Of a DNA stretch of 64,000 nt, positions 8,480 to 18,890 are shown piece after piece. Position 1 is the first letter of the stretch, and each line of letters opens with the position of its first letter. The notes under the pieces are model-generated. The model was given only the letters and a program-made list of their open reading frames with translations, had not been told where the DNA came from and did not search any database. The position numbers and the translations under genes were made by a program. This stretch comes from a virus (taxonomy: Duplodnaviria > Caudoviricetes). The DNA lies in the IMG/VR virus record IMGVR_UViG_3300031112_000372, positions 2,665-66,664 of that record. The stretch is one strand, 5' to 3'.

Positions 8480-11400
8480 TTAAAGGGTCTGTAAAATTTT
8501 CCCTCCATTTAATAATTTAGTTGTAAGAGGTGCGACTCCGACAATTGCGGTACCGCCAGCACCCGGTTGCCCTTCAGTTGTGCCGTGGTAATTCCAGTTC
8601 CATGTTCCATCGTTGGTAGACTTGGTGCCACGCTGGCCCCATCCACCACCATCACCCGACAATGGAGATCCATAACGATCATTCTGAGTACGGTATCCTT
8701 TACCTGGCATCTCAGCTTCAGCATCAGTGACTTTTACCACCATGAAACTATCAATAAAGTACCACCGCCAGTCCTGAGTATCATTGTAGATCGGCTGTCC
8801 TGTCATAACCCGTCCAAATGGTGCCCCAGCACCGCCAGGAACACCTTGCACTCCATAGCCAAGTTCAGTGTAGATGCCACTTGGTGTAGCACCTCCACCA
8901 GACCCGCCACGAGCCAGTGTTCCGCCATCAATGATCAGGTTCAATTTGCTGTGCCGGTTCTTTAAACCTGGTGCACCCTGGAACCCATCACGCCGCGACC
9001 TGGTAAAGTTATAATTTGGATCACTTGACCAGGCACTAAATGCCAAATGTGGCAATCCACCATCACCACCACGCCCGACCACAGAACCTTTGATTGTAAG
9101 ATTTACAGTAAGGCCAGAAGGAAATTCTCCCGTATCAATTGCAGCTATTTCTGGAGCAGCAGGAACAATAAACTCTTTTGTCTCGTAATTATTAGTATGC
9201 TTGTAAACCATTCTGGTTTCCGCTCTAAGCGAACTCGAACTCGAAACCAAAGCACCAGCTTCAACTACAAAACTAATTTTGCCTGTGGTTGGCAAATCAC
9301 CTCTTTGCATCTGATATAGACGTGCAAGATTAATATCTAGCTGGTCATATCGAATGTAGATTGGTGAATCATCAACTGGCACATCAATAAAGTCTTTATC
9401 GTTGAGGTAATAACGCACATCGTAATTTACTGCAGTTATCGTATTTGAGAATTGATCAACAGGATCTTTCTTTGCAACCAGATAAGGCAGAGAATCTTTC
9501 GTATCATCATTAACGACTGTATAAATCGTATTAACGAAATCATCAGAACTTAGTTTGAGTGCACCGTTTGGTAAGCGACCTAGTACAACTTTGTTCTTAG
9601 CAGATCCAGCAGTAACAGAAATTAGATCAACAGTACCATCTCCCATTTGCAGATAAATCACATAACTCTTGCCTGCAATGAAATCGACATCATGGCTCAA
9701 TGTAAGAATTAAGCCTTCTTGCTGCACTACCTCACCGCTTTGATGAATTCCATTTCTATAATCAGCTACAGCAATACGGTCACGTAAAACCAGCAATTCA
9801 GACTCAGGTGCTGCATCAAAGGTGATGGACTTGCGCTGAAAGCGAAGCTTGTTCCAAAGCCGGTACGCATTGAAATGCGCTTGCCACTTATTACGCACGC
9901 CTACCGATTTCACCTCTTTTGGATTCTTGGCTCCTTTATCCGGCAAGTAGATATTGATACGGCTATCATCGGTCGGATCCGTATATTCATAGATCAGGCC
10001 ATCGTAATCGTCCATTACACCAAAGGTCAGATCATGCTTATAACTATCAGGGATGATATTCCTGAAGTTAAACAGCAACACCGAGTTATCTGTTGGCCGT
10101 TCAAAATAGATCTTGAGCTTATTGTTTTGCCGGTATGCTGTACAAAACACAGCATCACAAAGGTTAGTGACCAGTTCTTCAAACGAAAGATTGGTATCAT
10201 CAATGGTAGTACAAAATTCTGCAGCTAACGATGTACCGAAGTAGTCGACAATATCGATATAAGTACGATAGATATTTTCTATATCAATTTCGTCAATCGT
10301 ACGGCGTCCGATTTTGTCATCCAACGCCATTGAGACCAGTGCATCAGCAAAGCTTGACGTTGGAAATAACTCCGTCGTCATTGCTCCATTCTTATATGTT
10401 GGCAACATCCGCTGAAGATCAAAATTGATCTTGCGCGACTTAACTGCAAGCGCACCTGTAGTTGCATAAGTACGTGCACGAAAAACCGTTTCATACTCAT
10501 ATTTAGTGCTTTGCAGCGGGAATGCTCCGTAAAGTGCTTGCCACTTCACCTCATCAACTACACTTTCAACAGCCGGTGTAGGTGTTAAACGGCGTGCACG
10601 TACACTGCAGCGTCCTTGGAATGTGACCATATCCAGCGTTGCACCAATAGTTTGTCGTGACTTGGCAGAACCCTTGAGAATGATCTGCTTTAGCATTGGA
10701 TTGCCAATGGCTGCACCCGATTCATTCACCGGCGTGACCTCAACTTCAAGCGTAACGTTTACAGCTGCCTGATTGCCGCCTGCTGATACCGTATAAAGCC
10801 CATTACTGGCTACAAAGTTAAAAATGACACGACTACGTTCAATGTTGTCCAGAATGAATGGACCAATCCATTTCTCACCAATCGATGCAAGCTTTGGAGA
10901 TAAAGCACCTGTTTGTTGGTTACTGAGTTCTTTTAGCTTTAACCAGTTTGGATTAACTGCAGCAGGATTTGATAACGTCATGCGATCATCAGCAACGGAT
11001 AAGACGCTATAAGTACCGTTTAAATCGTATGTTTGCCCGTTATAGGTAAATGAAGCATTAGTGATTTCAACACGGTCATTGCTGACAAATTTAGTCGTTA
11101 AATCGGTATTGTTTGCAGCTGCTCGAAGGATCTCATTTGGATAAGCAAAAATAAGATAATTAGTGCCTTCCAGACTTTGAGTATCAGCTGGTCGAAGGAT
11201 CTGGCCATTCACTGAGTTTTGATGCTGAACACTTAAAGGTGGTGTGGTAATTTCGGTACCAAGTGAAAAATAAGGCTGTCCAGAAACAATATCAACGCCT
11301 GGTCGGAAGACTTCTACTGATGCCCCGGCAATATCAACAATATTGGTTTCACCATCGTATGCACCATTAATTTGATAGTGGCCACGACCAATACAACCAA

Positions 11401-11911
11401 CAATATGCTCAACTTCAACATTATTTTCATAAACCTTATAAGGCACAGCAATCAGATCAGGTGTATTCCATCCAGCACCATAGTTATCTGTAATGCGACC
11501 ATTTACCCTCATCTTATTTTCACGATTTGAAAGTTCGTTATTTGCAGATGAGGATTGGTTGTTATTCTGATTGGTTTGAGCAATCGATGGTGCGGGCATT
11601 AAAAATGCAACCGCCACACTTAAAACAATAGAAACGATTGCCGCAATAAGTGCAGGCATACCTTTCGGGTTTTCAATCACAATAAAAGTGCCAGGTAAGA
11701 AATCGAGCTGTTTTAAGTCATGAGCATTCTTAGGTGTAACTTCATTGGCAAACGAAATTTCCGCATGATCCATATTGCTTGATGTATGAAAAATACGGAC
11801 ATGCTCAGGCATAGATTCATATTTGGAAGTTAGCCATTGCCCTATGGTGTGAGCATGTTCCACTGTCTTTTCTTCAGACAAAGGATCCTGTTTATAAATA
11901 ATCTTAATCAT
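8480..11911 (-). CDS. Tail tip / host-specificity protein (lambda J-like)
   Basis: 1143 aa, follows the NlpC/P60-like and minor tail genes; Gly-rich C-terminal region. Confidence 0.85.
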   Translation of the reverse strand: MIKIIYKQDPLSEEKTVEHAHTIGQWLTSKYESMPEHVRIFHTSSNMDHAEISFANEVTPKNAHDLKQLDFLPGTFIVIENPKGMPALIAAIVSIVLSVAVAFLMPAPSIAQTNQNNNQSSSANNELSNRENKMRVNGRITDNYGAGWNTPDLIAVPYKVYENNVEVEHIVGCIGRGHYQINGAYDGETNIVDIAGASVEVFRPGVDIVSGQPYFSLGTEITTPPLSVQHQNSVNGQILRPADTQSLEGTNYLIFAYPNEILRAAANNTDLTTKFVSNDRVEITNASFTYNGQTYDLNGTYSVLSVADDRMTLSNPAAVNPNWLKLKELSNQQTGALSPKLASIGEKWIGPFILDNIERSRVIFNFVASNGLYTVSAGGNQAAVNVTLEVEVTPVNESGAAIGNPMLKQIILKGSAKSRQTIGATLDMVTFQGRCSVRARRLTPTPAVESVVDEVKWQALYGAFPLQSTKYEYETVFRARTYATTGALAVKSRKINFDLQRMLPTYKNGAMTTELFPTSSFADALVSMALDDKIGRRTIDEIDIENIYRTYIDIVDYFGTSLAAEFCTTIDDTNLSFEELVTNLCDAVFCTAYRQNNKLKIYFERPTDNSVLLFNFRNIIPDSYKHDLTFGVMDDYDGLIYEYTDPTDDSRINIYLPDKGAKNPKEVKSVGVRNKWQAHFNAYRLWNKLRFQRKSITFDAAPESELLVLRDRIAVADYRNGIHQSGEVVQQEGLILTLSHDVDFIAGKSYVIYLQMGDGTVDLISVTAGSAKNKVVLGRLPNGALKLSSDDFVNTIYTVVNDDTKDSLPYLVAKKDPVDQFSNTITAVNYDVRYYLNDKDFIDVPVDDSPIYIRYDQLDINLARLYQMQRGDLPTTGKISFVVEAGALVSSSSSLRAETRMVYKHTNNYETKEFIVPAAPEIAAIDTGEFPSGLTVNLTIKGSVVGRGGDGGLPHLAFSAWSSDPNYNFTRSRRDGFQGAPGLKNRHSKLNLIIDGGTLARGGSGGGATPSGIYTELGYGVQGVPGGAGAPFGRVMTGQPIYNDTQDWRWYFIDSFMVVKVTDAEAEMPGKGYRTQNDRYGSPLSGDGGGWGQRGTKSTNDGTWNWNYHGTTEGQPGAGGTAIVGVAPLTTKLLNGGKILQTL

Positions 11912-12266
11912 AGTAACTGACCCGACTAAACCCCATTGCTCTGATAACGTCTTCAGCTAAATAAGTGACCCCACCTTCCATTAGATGCAGTACACGACCT
12001 AAACGAAAAAGCCCCACATGTGGGGGCTTATTTCTTTGTCTTGGATGGAAGGCGACAATGCAGCCCTCCTTCGGCATGGGCAGCGGATTTAAAAGTTTTA
12101 ATCTTGATGGTAGGAATGTAATTTTGCCCTTAGGTTGCATAAATAAATCCAAAGCTTCACTACGATCTATACCGTAGAGATCCATTGCAGCTTCATGGGC
12201 AAAATGAACGCAGTTGTACTGCTCTTCGTCATATTGCTTATCAAGCAAATGATCATGACTTTTCAT
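11904..12266 (-). CDS. Tail assembly protein, NlpC/P60-like (lambda K-like)
   Basis: YNCVHF...PHVG catalytic Cys/His pattern; position in the tail module. Confidence 0.75.
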   Translation of the reverse strand: MKSHDHLLDKQYDEEQYNCVHFAHEAAMDLYGIDRSEALDLFMQPKGKITFLPSRLKLLNPLPMPKEGCIVAFHPRQRNKPPHVGLFRLGRVLHLMEGGVTYLAEDVIRAMGFSRVSYYD

Positions 12267-12769
12267 ACAGCCCCCTTCAGACCACTAAAGCGATCCAGTG
12301 CAAAAATATCTCCCGTCTTCGCGGTATTTAATCGTGGTGATTCAGCCTTGAATGTCACAGCTTTATGGTTCATTGATATGCCTGAAAGTTTCAGTCCTAA
12401 CAAATAATGGATTGGTGTATTCACGTTGTCCGAACTATAGAGTCGATAATTTACGGTAGGCTTAACGTCTGAATATTGCCCTTCAATTACCCTTTCAAAC
12501 TCATCCGGCAAGACATCCCCAAGTCCTGAAATTGAAACAGTTAAGGTCTGGTCCAGATCCCCTAGCATTCCAGATCTTTGGATAGACATAGGTAGGTATT
12601 CATAAAAGACCTGTCCTGATCCTTCTTTATGCTGGACATAGACACCCTGATCATTGTTGCGAACAACCCGATATATATTTAGAAAAGATGGATGTGATAA
12701 CTCAATACACTCCAGTTGGTAGATATCGACTTTGCGATTGAGAAAGAACTTGGCATATTCGTTATCCAT
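12263..12769 (-). CDS. Minor tail protein (DUF1833-like, lambda L position)
   Basis: Synteny; likely start MDNEY at 12769, overlapping the upstream stop. Confidence 0.7.
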   Translation of the reverse strand: MDNEYAKFFLNRKVDIYQLECIELSHPSFLNIYRVVRNNDQGVYVQHKEGSGQVFYEYLPMSIQRSGMLGDLDQTLTVSISGLGDVLPDEFERVIEGQYSDVKPTVNYRLYSSDNVNTPIHYLLGLKLSGISMNHKAVTFKAESPRLNTAKTGDIFALDRFSGLKGAV

Positions 12770-13167
12770 TAGACCTCCCAATCTTTAATCAATACTGCAT
12801 CAGCTGTAAGGTTTGGCTGATTCTGAATAACTTCTAGCTGGGCAGTTACCCGGTAAAGATTGCCATTCACTTCGTTGGTCTTAAACGAGTTCGGAATAAA
12901 ATTGCATTGGTATTGCTGGCGTGCTCCTTGGTCAATGACTAAATCCGCATAAAACGAGGCTGGCTTGTTCTGATAGACACGCCAGAAAGCCATCATTTTG
13001 TTGAAATCAGTTTTACTTAAATTCCAGTTCACATCGACAATATGGCTATTACGCTTCACATCAATGTAATAGCGTCCACGTCCTCCATCCATCTGCTGAC
13101 GCTTTACATCATCACCTGGTGTTACGCTATAGCCATTTGTTTGAGGATTTAGCTTCAACTTGTACAT
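12769..13167 (-). CDS. Minor tail / distal tail protein (lambda M position)
   Basis: 132 aa immediately after the tape measure gene in the tail order. Confidence 0.7.
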   Translation of the reverse strand: MYKLKLNPQTNGYSVTPGDDVKRQQMDGGRGRYYIDVKRNSHIVDVNWNLSKTDFNKMMAFWRVYQNKPASFYADLVIDQGARQQYQCNFIPNSFKTNEVNGNLYRVTAQLEVIQNQPNLTADAVLIKDWEV

Positions 13168-13228
13168 AACTTTCCTTCAGGCAATAAAAAACCGCCCGAG
13201 GGCGGTACCAAAAGATAAGAACTATTTA

Positions 13229-13390
13229 TCAATCATCATCGTTATCTTTCCTAATAGCTTTAATTATTTCAGGTGATTTCCAAGCAAAAATGCATAGAAG
13301 CACTGAGATAAGTATAAATATTAACGTTCCAATAGGTAAACTTGATGCCATATTGATCAATCCTGTAATTGCTATGATATAATCTGTCAT
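13229..13390 (-). CDS. Unannotated 53-aa hydrophobic peptide (type I toxin-like)
   Basis: MTDYIIAITGLINMASSLPIGTLIFILISVLLCIFAWKSPEIIKAIRKDNDDD*. AAGGAG RBS. Same leader as 4260..4409. Confidence 0.75.
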   Translation of the reverse strand: MTDYIIAITGLINMASSLPIGTLIFILISVLLCIFAWKSPEIIKAIRKDNDDD

Positions 13391-13465
13391 AAGTAGTTTC
13401 TCCTTAACTTTCGCTGGTTGAGTTGAATTGAAAACCTCAGTGCGCCAACACTGGGGTTTTTGCTT
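13390..13465 (+). ncRNA. Putative antisense sRNA across the RBS/leader of the 53-aa peptide
   Basis: Extended -10 TGaTATAAT at 13375-13383 on the plus strand; hairpin plus U-tract at 13431-13468. Inferred. Confidence 0.5.
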
Positions 13466-13707
13466 TTTAAGTGCCCTTATTATTTCATTTCAAAAAAGTG
13501 TCATTTATTCATTTTTCCTACTTTGGAAAACATAGGTATAAAAAAACCACCCGAAGGTGGTCCTTTCATAATATTGACTGTCAATATGTTTTAGAAGAGA
13601 CTAGACGATTACACTGTCAATAGCTCTTCTTTCCTCATACCTGTATCTTTAAAAGGTTTTAGTTACACATCGCTAACATTATCCTCTCTTATACGTGTGC
13701 TCCTAAA

Positions 13708-16700
13708 TTAACGGTTCCGTCTTGCGGTCGTATTCTCAGTCAAAGAGCGGCTAATAGTTGAGTTCGGATTTTTAATATCCTCACTTACCAGTTTCGGTAC
13801 CGCTCTTGGAAGCTGCTTATCCAGTTCATCTTTAACAATGATCCGAACTGTTTTCTCATCCAATTGTTCAGCCTCAACTGTTGCCCCTTTTACCTGATTA
13901 ACTACTTCAATCTTGAAATTGATAGTCGGTGAAGCAGGTTCGATTGAAGGCATAATCTCAGCTTGAGGACGTAAAGATTGTCCTAAAGTGAAATCTTGTA
14001 CATCATTGAGATTTGATCGATCCTGAACTAAACCATTTGAAGAAAAGTAAACCTTTCCGTCATGGAATAAATCTGAATTAGGAGATTTACCAGCATTTGT
14101 ATTGCCTTTATAAATAATCTGGCCATCCTGAACCGGTTGATTAAAGATGTCAGATTGCTTTTGACTTTCCATAAAGGCATTAGAGCTCATCAATGCACGG
14201 CGCATGACACTATCAGTTGAGACATTGTTATTGAGGAAAACTTCAGGGTTTGAACTCTTACGCATTTTCTCAACTAAGCCAACTCCACCCCAACGGCGAA
14301 TATCCTCTTGGGACCAAACAACCTCTCCCTTATGAACAATGCCGGCAGGTTCGTATTTGCCACCTCGCCCAGTAAAACCACCATCAGCAAACCCTTGATC
14401 CTTAATTGCGCGGATATTTGCAATAATGCTGGCACCTTGTGCAACGGCCCCAGCAATCAAAGGCAAGTTGTAAGGAAAACCAACTTTTGAAGCTGCTGCG
14501 ATATTCTGCTGAATCGCAATACCGGCAGCTGCAATTGCATAAGCTTTATCTGCAGCGAACATGAGCTTGTAAGCTTTAGATTGTTCACCAAACATTGAGC
14601 CAAACATCGAGGTAACTGAACCCATCATTTGCCCACCAAGAGCAATCTGAGCGTTTAATCTATCTTGTTGATACTTTTCTTCAACATCCTTAACGTTCTG
14701 AGCATAATCACTGTAAATTTGACTTCGTTGCTCTTGAGCAGCTTGAATGATCGCGGTTTTCTGGTTCTCGAAGTCCTGTTGCTGAATTAATCCAGCTTCC
14801 ATTTGTGCATTCAGATTGTCTAAACCATTTTGTTCGTCTAAATCAGCTGCTGCATATTGGCTATCAGCTAAGTCATTGGCAGCGCCCAAGCGGCTAAACC
14901 GTTCCTGATCCTGTCTATAGAACTCACTGGTACCATTCATATCAGCCTGAATACCACCCCAGTTTTGAACAGCGTTATTCACCTTATCGCGTGTCTCTTT
15001 GTCCTGAGTAGCTTTAGATAATGCGATTAGTTTTTGACGCTCTTCAATAGAAAGCTTTGTATTCTTAAGAATCTCCTCTCGTTCGAGTCTATATCGCTCC
15101 TGCATGGCTTGAGTTTCGGAAAGTAGAGATAAGCGAGCTTGAAATAAGCGTTGTTCTTGGGCCAACTTCATAAGCGCGTTTTCTTGCTGATATTGCTGTT
15201 CCAGCAATTCCACTGCCTGTTTCCGTTCAGACTTAGTTAATTCAATATCATGAGCCGCATTAAACTTTTTACGGTTAAAACTCTCTTCAAGTAATGCAGC
15301 TTCGGTTTTCTGGAACTCCTTATAGTCCTCTAGCTTGCTTCGAATCGCTTGTTTGGCGATCGCAATATCATTGTCTGCACGACGATTTAATTCCGCCTTA
15401 ATTTCAGCAGTACGTTCAGGACTGAAATTAGCTTTGTCCACCTCCCCTAATCTTGTCTTTCTATTATTGTCAATACGCTCAACTTCAGTGGCTACTTCAT
15501 TTTCAAGTGATCGTTGTAAGTCTTGCTGACGATCAAGTTGCGACTGAATATCACCAGAAGCTTTATCACTTCCCTTACTAGCCCCACCTTTAACCTTGCT
15601 TTGCATACTTGGTGACTGGTGAAGAAGTTTTAGTGATACACCATCCTCAAATATCACCTCACTAACATAACCACCACCTTTACTATCGTAGTGGGTCTTA
15701 ATGTCTTTCACAGCAACATTAGTCGTGATCGGCGTACCTTCAGGCATTGAAAAATCAATACCCTTATGAAATGAAGAAGCCCCTTTGGTAGGGGCTTTTC
15801 GTGGACCGTAATTTGAACTGATCTTGTAGGATGACAATGGTTTGCCGCCTGCTTGTAATCGGGCTAGATGTTCATTCGATACTTTCTGGCCAGACATTGA
15901 ACCACCATATCGAACGTCGAGATGAGGACCTGTGCCAATTCCTGACTGGCCTGAAACACCGACTAATCGTTTCGAAAGTTTTTGCTGTTTTGATAACTCA
16001 TTAGTTGTTTCCTTTAATGCTTTATTCTTCGCATCAATCACATTCTTGTTTTGTTCCTCTATCGAAAGAGTCTGCAAACCAATCTGATATAATTCATTAG
16101 AAACTTCAACTCCGCTTTTCCGCGCCCAGCTTGCAGTTTCAACCATTTGCTTCACTTGCTCAGGTGAGTAACCTTTGGCAAGTAAACCTTTGGTAACTAA
16201 TGCTTCAAATTTACGATCTGCCAATGAATCGGCATATTGCTTTTGTGCATTTTTAGCAGCTAATGCAGCCCTTTCATTCTCATTCAAGGACTTGGTGTTT
16301 TTATCCACTCCTACGATAGCATTTTCAGCTTTATTTCCTGCAAGTGTTACCTCAAAACCAAATAAGCTATACGTTTGCTTGGTCTTGGCAGCAGTTTCAG
16401 CTGCCTCATCATAGGCATTCACTTGTTTAAGCAATGCATCCATTAAATCAGCAGGAATTTTTTGACTCTTTAATTGCTCTATCGCTTCAGTATATGAAAT
16501 GGTGCCAAGTCTGGCCTTATTCGAAATTTCAGCAACTTTGGCATTGCCCACCGCATAGTTCTGGATATTGATCAATGCTGAACCGACCGCTAATTCTTGC
16601 CGTTCTAATGCCTTGTTTTGATCTTCAATTGTCGCAGCTAAATCACCTAATTTTTCTTTACGCTGTTCATCATTAAGGGCTTTAATTTCTTCCTTAGTCA

Positions 16701-18186
16701 ACTTTGCAGCTTCAGCTTGCTCTTTTAGCTTTGCAGTGGCTTCAGCAGATTTACTAGAGAAATACATGTAAGTCGCAGCCAAAGCAGTCACGCCTAATGT
16801 GATTGCCCCAATTGGACCACCAATCAATCCCCATGCACCGCTCACTAATCCTGCCATTGAAGCACTTTTGCCTTGCGCTAACGTAACGGCCTTCGTTGCA
16901 TTCTCAACATTATTAGCTGCAAGTACATATCTGGCACTCGCTGCACTTGCTCCAAATCTGGCTTGGGTTTCAGCATTTGTTGCTCGCACATTCACCAAAT
17001 GTGCCTCAGCTTCTGCAAGCGCAGCTTTTGCGCTTTCTATCGCCTTTTGCTTTTGCAATTGTGATGCAGCATTGTCAGCAACTAAAGCCCCTAATTTGGT
17101 ATTTAAAGCTGATACTTGAGTTGCGATTGCTTTGGTAAGTAATGCTGTACCACCGAGAATAGCTACATAAGAGATTGATTCTAAGTTTTCAGCTAAAACC
17201 TTAATTGAACCAGATAAAACGTTAGCTGCACCACTTCCTTGACTAGCCTCGCCGACAAATTTAGTAATCTCATTATTAAGAAGAGTTAATGACTGGCTGA
17301 TCGTAATATCAGTTTTGCCAAATAATGCATCTACATCAGACTCTACATTTCTTAAGGCTTTCACAATTTCTTGCGATGTGATTTTTCCTTCAGCAGCAAC
17401 CGTACGCAACTCTCCTACGGTAATACCCATACCCTGAGCAATAGCTTTTGCTAAAGCAGGTGTTTGTTCCATGACAGAGTTCAGTTCCTCACCACGTAAG
17501 GTACCACTCGCTAAGGCTTGTCCGAACTGAACTAAAGCAGCATCTGCCGCAGAAGCACTCGCGCCACTAATCGCCACAGCTTTTGAAACAGTTTCAGTTA
17601 AACGCGCTGTATCATCCATTGTTAGATTTAAAGATTTAGCATTATCACTAAATCTTTGATAAACCTGTAAAACAGAATCCCAGGCTGAATAGGTATTTTG
17701 AGCAATCCTGAATGTATCTTCAGTCGCCTTATTTAACTCCGTCTGGTCTTTTGTAACTAGCTTTAAACGGTTTTGTAGTCCTGTATAAGCATCTATTTGA
17801 CCAATTGCAGCATTGACCGTAGCCAAGCCTGCCATATATCCAGCCAAAGCTTTAATTGACGTACCGAATAAGTTAGCCGCTTTATCCTGTTTATCCAGCT
17901 CATTGGTTGTAGCTTTAATTTCTTGAGCAAATTTATGATTTTGTTGAGTTGCTTGTTTAGTCACTTCAACCGATTTTTGAACAGACGTATTGGAATTATT
18001 AACTGTGGTATTAAAGTTTTGAACAATGTTATTAGTAACAGAAAGCTGTTTCCCCATATCTTTCGATGAGTTAGATGCGGAATCACCTCGATCAGTAAAT
18101 TTTGACAATTCTTCTGCTAAGGCTTTGACATTACGTTCAGCATTCTGTGAATCAATAACAATGACCAGACGGGATTCTTGTGCCAT
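13708..18186 (-). CDS. Tail tape measure protein with an embedded M23-type peptidase domain
   Basis: 1492 aa, Ala/Gln-rich helical; tape-measure N-domain (QFGQALASGTLRGEELNSVMEQ); HKGID and GTGPHLD motifs. Confidence 0.93.
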   Translation of the reverse strand: MAQESRLVIVIDSQNAERNVKALAEELSKFTDRGDSASNSSKDMGKQLSVTNNIVQNFNTTVNNSNTSVQKSVEVTKQATQQNHKFAQEIKATTNELDKQDKAANLFGTSIKALAGYMAGLATVNAAIGQIDAYTGLQNRLKLVTKDQTELNKATEDTFRIAQNTYSAWDSVLQVYQRFSDNAKSLNLTMDDTARLTETVSKAVAISGASASAADAALVQFGQALASGTLRGEELNSVMEQTPALAKAIAQGMGITVGELRTVAAEGKITSQEIVKALRNVESDVDALFGKTDITISQSLTLLNNEITKFVGEASQGSGAANVLSGSIKVLAENLESISYVAILGGTALLTKAIATQVSALNTKLGALVADNAASQLQKQKAIESAKAALAEAEAHLVNVRATNAETQARFGASAASARYVLAANNVENATKAVTLAQGKSASMAGLVSGAWGLIGGPIGAITLGVTALAATYMYFSSKSAEATAKLKEQAEAAKLTKEEIKALNDEQRKEKLGDLAATIEDQNKALERQELAVGSALINIQNYAVGNAKVAEISNKARLGTISYTEAIEQLKSQKIPADLMDALLKQVNAYDEAAETAAKTKQTYSLFGFEVTLAGNKAENAIVGVDKNTKSLNENERAALAAKNAQKQYADSLADRKFEALVTKGLLAKGYSPEQVKQMVETASWARKSGVEVSNELYQIGLQTLSIEEQNKNVIDAKNKALKETTNELSKQQKLSKRLVGVSGQSGIGTGPHLDVRYGGSMSGQKVSNEHLARLQAGGKPLSSYKISSNYGPRKAPTKGASSFHKGIDFSMPEGTPITTNVAVKDIKTHYDSKGGGYVSEVIFEDGVSLKLLHQSPSMQSKVKGGASKGSDKASGDIQSQLDRQQDLQRSLENEVATEVERIDNNRKTRLGEVDKANFSPERTAEIKAELNRRADNDIAIAKQAIRSKLEDYKEFQKTEAALLEESFNRKKFNAAHDIELTKSERKQAVELLEQQYQQENALMKLAQEQRLFQARLSLLSETQAMQERYRLEREEILKNTKLSIEERQKLIALSKATQDKETRDKVNNAVQNWGGIQADMNGTSEFYRQDQERFSRLGAANDLADSQYAAADLDEQNGLDNLNAQMEAGLIQQQDFENQKTAIIQAAQEQRSQIYSDYAQNVKDVEEKYQQDRLNAQIALGGQMMGSVTSMFGSMFGEQSKAYKLMFAADKAYAIAAAGIAIQQNIAAASKVGFPYNLPLIAGAVAQGASIIANIRAIKDQGFADGGFTGRGGKYEPAGIVHKGEVVWSQEDIRRWGGVGLVEKMRKSSNPEVFLNNNVSTDSVMRRALMSSNAFMESQKQSDIFNQPVQDGQIIYKGNTNAGKSPNSDLFHDGKVYFSSNGLVQDRSNLNDVQDFTLGQSLRPQAEIMPSIEPASPTINFKIEVVNQVKGATVEAEQLDEKTVRIIVKDELDKQLPRAVPKLVSEDIKNPNSTISRSLTENTTARRNR

Positions 18187-18321
18187 TTTACTTTTCTCCA
18201 GGCAATAAAAAACCCACTCATTGAGTGGGTCTATTTAAGTTAAATATATTTACTAAGCTGGACAGTTAAACAAATTTAGTCTTGCTGCAAATCGTTGCCC
18301 AAGTGCTTTTAAATCCATTCA

Positions 18322-18864
18322 CTAATCAATCAATTTCACACATTTAGCAACAACATCCTGTGCATACAATCCCTTATCCTTGAAATTACTGTTATATGCA
18401 CGATCGATATCTTTTAAGCCTTCTTCAATTTCTGCTTTTGATGCATTTTTGTCTGTTAGTATTTCAGTCCTTAAACTTTCTTTGGAAACCCCTTTAAGCC
18501 TTGCATCCATTATGAGGGACTGATTGTATGCATCCTTGACACAATTACTGCGATCTTTTACAGATAACTTATTCGGAGTACAGTGTGCTTCCCAAATTAT
18601 TGCAAATGTTTCTGGATCAATACCCTCTGAGTCCTCCAATAAGACTGCACCCTCAATGGTTACATATTTCTTAAAGCCAACATAACCGCCATAGCTATTC
18701 TTTGAATTTACTTCTCCACAATATCCTTTTATATTTTGGAATTGTGCTGAATCTGGATCTTTTAAAGTGTTTAAGACAGCTTCTTTGGACTCTTTTTCCA
18801 CCTTTGAGCAACCGTTCACCCCCACTACACCTAAAACCAAACTCAATAAAATAATCTTTTTCAT
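18322..18864 (-). CDS. Exported/lipoprotein-like cargo protein
   Basis: Hydrophobic N-terminus with NGC; LKDPDSAQF...CGEVNSKNSYGGYVGF motif. Confidence 0.7.
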   Translation of the reverse strand: MKKIILLSLVLGVVGVNGCSKVEKESKEAVLNTLKDPDSAQFQNIKGYCGEVNSKNSYGGYVGFKKYVTIEGAVLLEDSEGIDPETFAIIWEAHCTPNKLSVKDRSNCVKDAYNQSLIMDARLKGVSKESLRTEILTDKNASKAEIEEGLKDIDRAYNSNFKDKGLYAQDVVAKCVKLID

Positions 18865-18890
18865 ATTAATTAGCTCACTTAAGAGGCGCT

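Noticed and set aside
8480-9100. Gly-rich segments of the tail tip as a collagen-like or separate gene
   Set aside because: No sustained Gly-X-Y periodicity; in frame with the tip protein.
8509-11012. Several 60-130 aa ORFs overlapping the tail tip gene
   Set aside because: Antisense or out-of-frame shadows of a long coding gene; no RBS or motif support.
14274-18208. Short ORFs overlapping the tape measure gene
   Set aside because: Shadow ORFs expected from Ala/Gln-rich codon usage.
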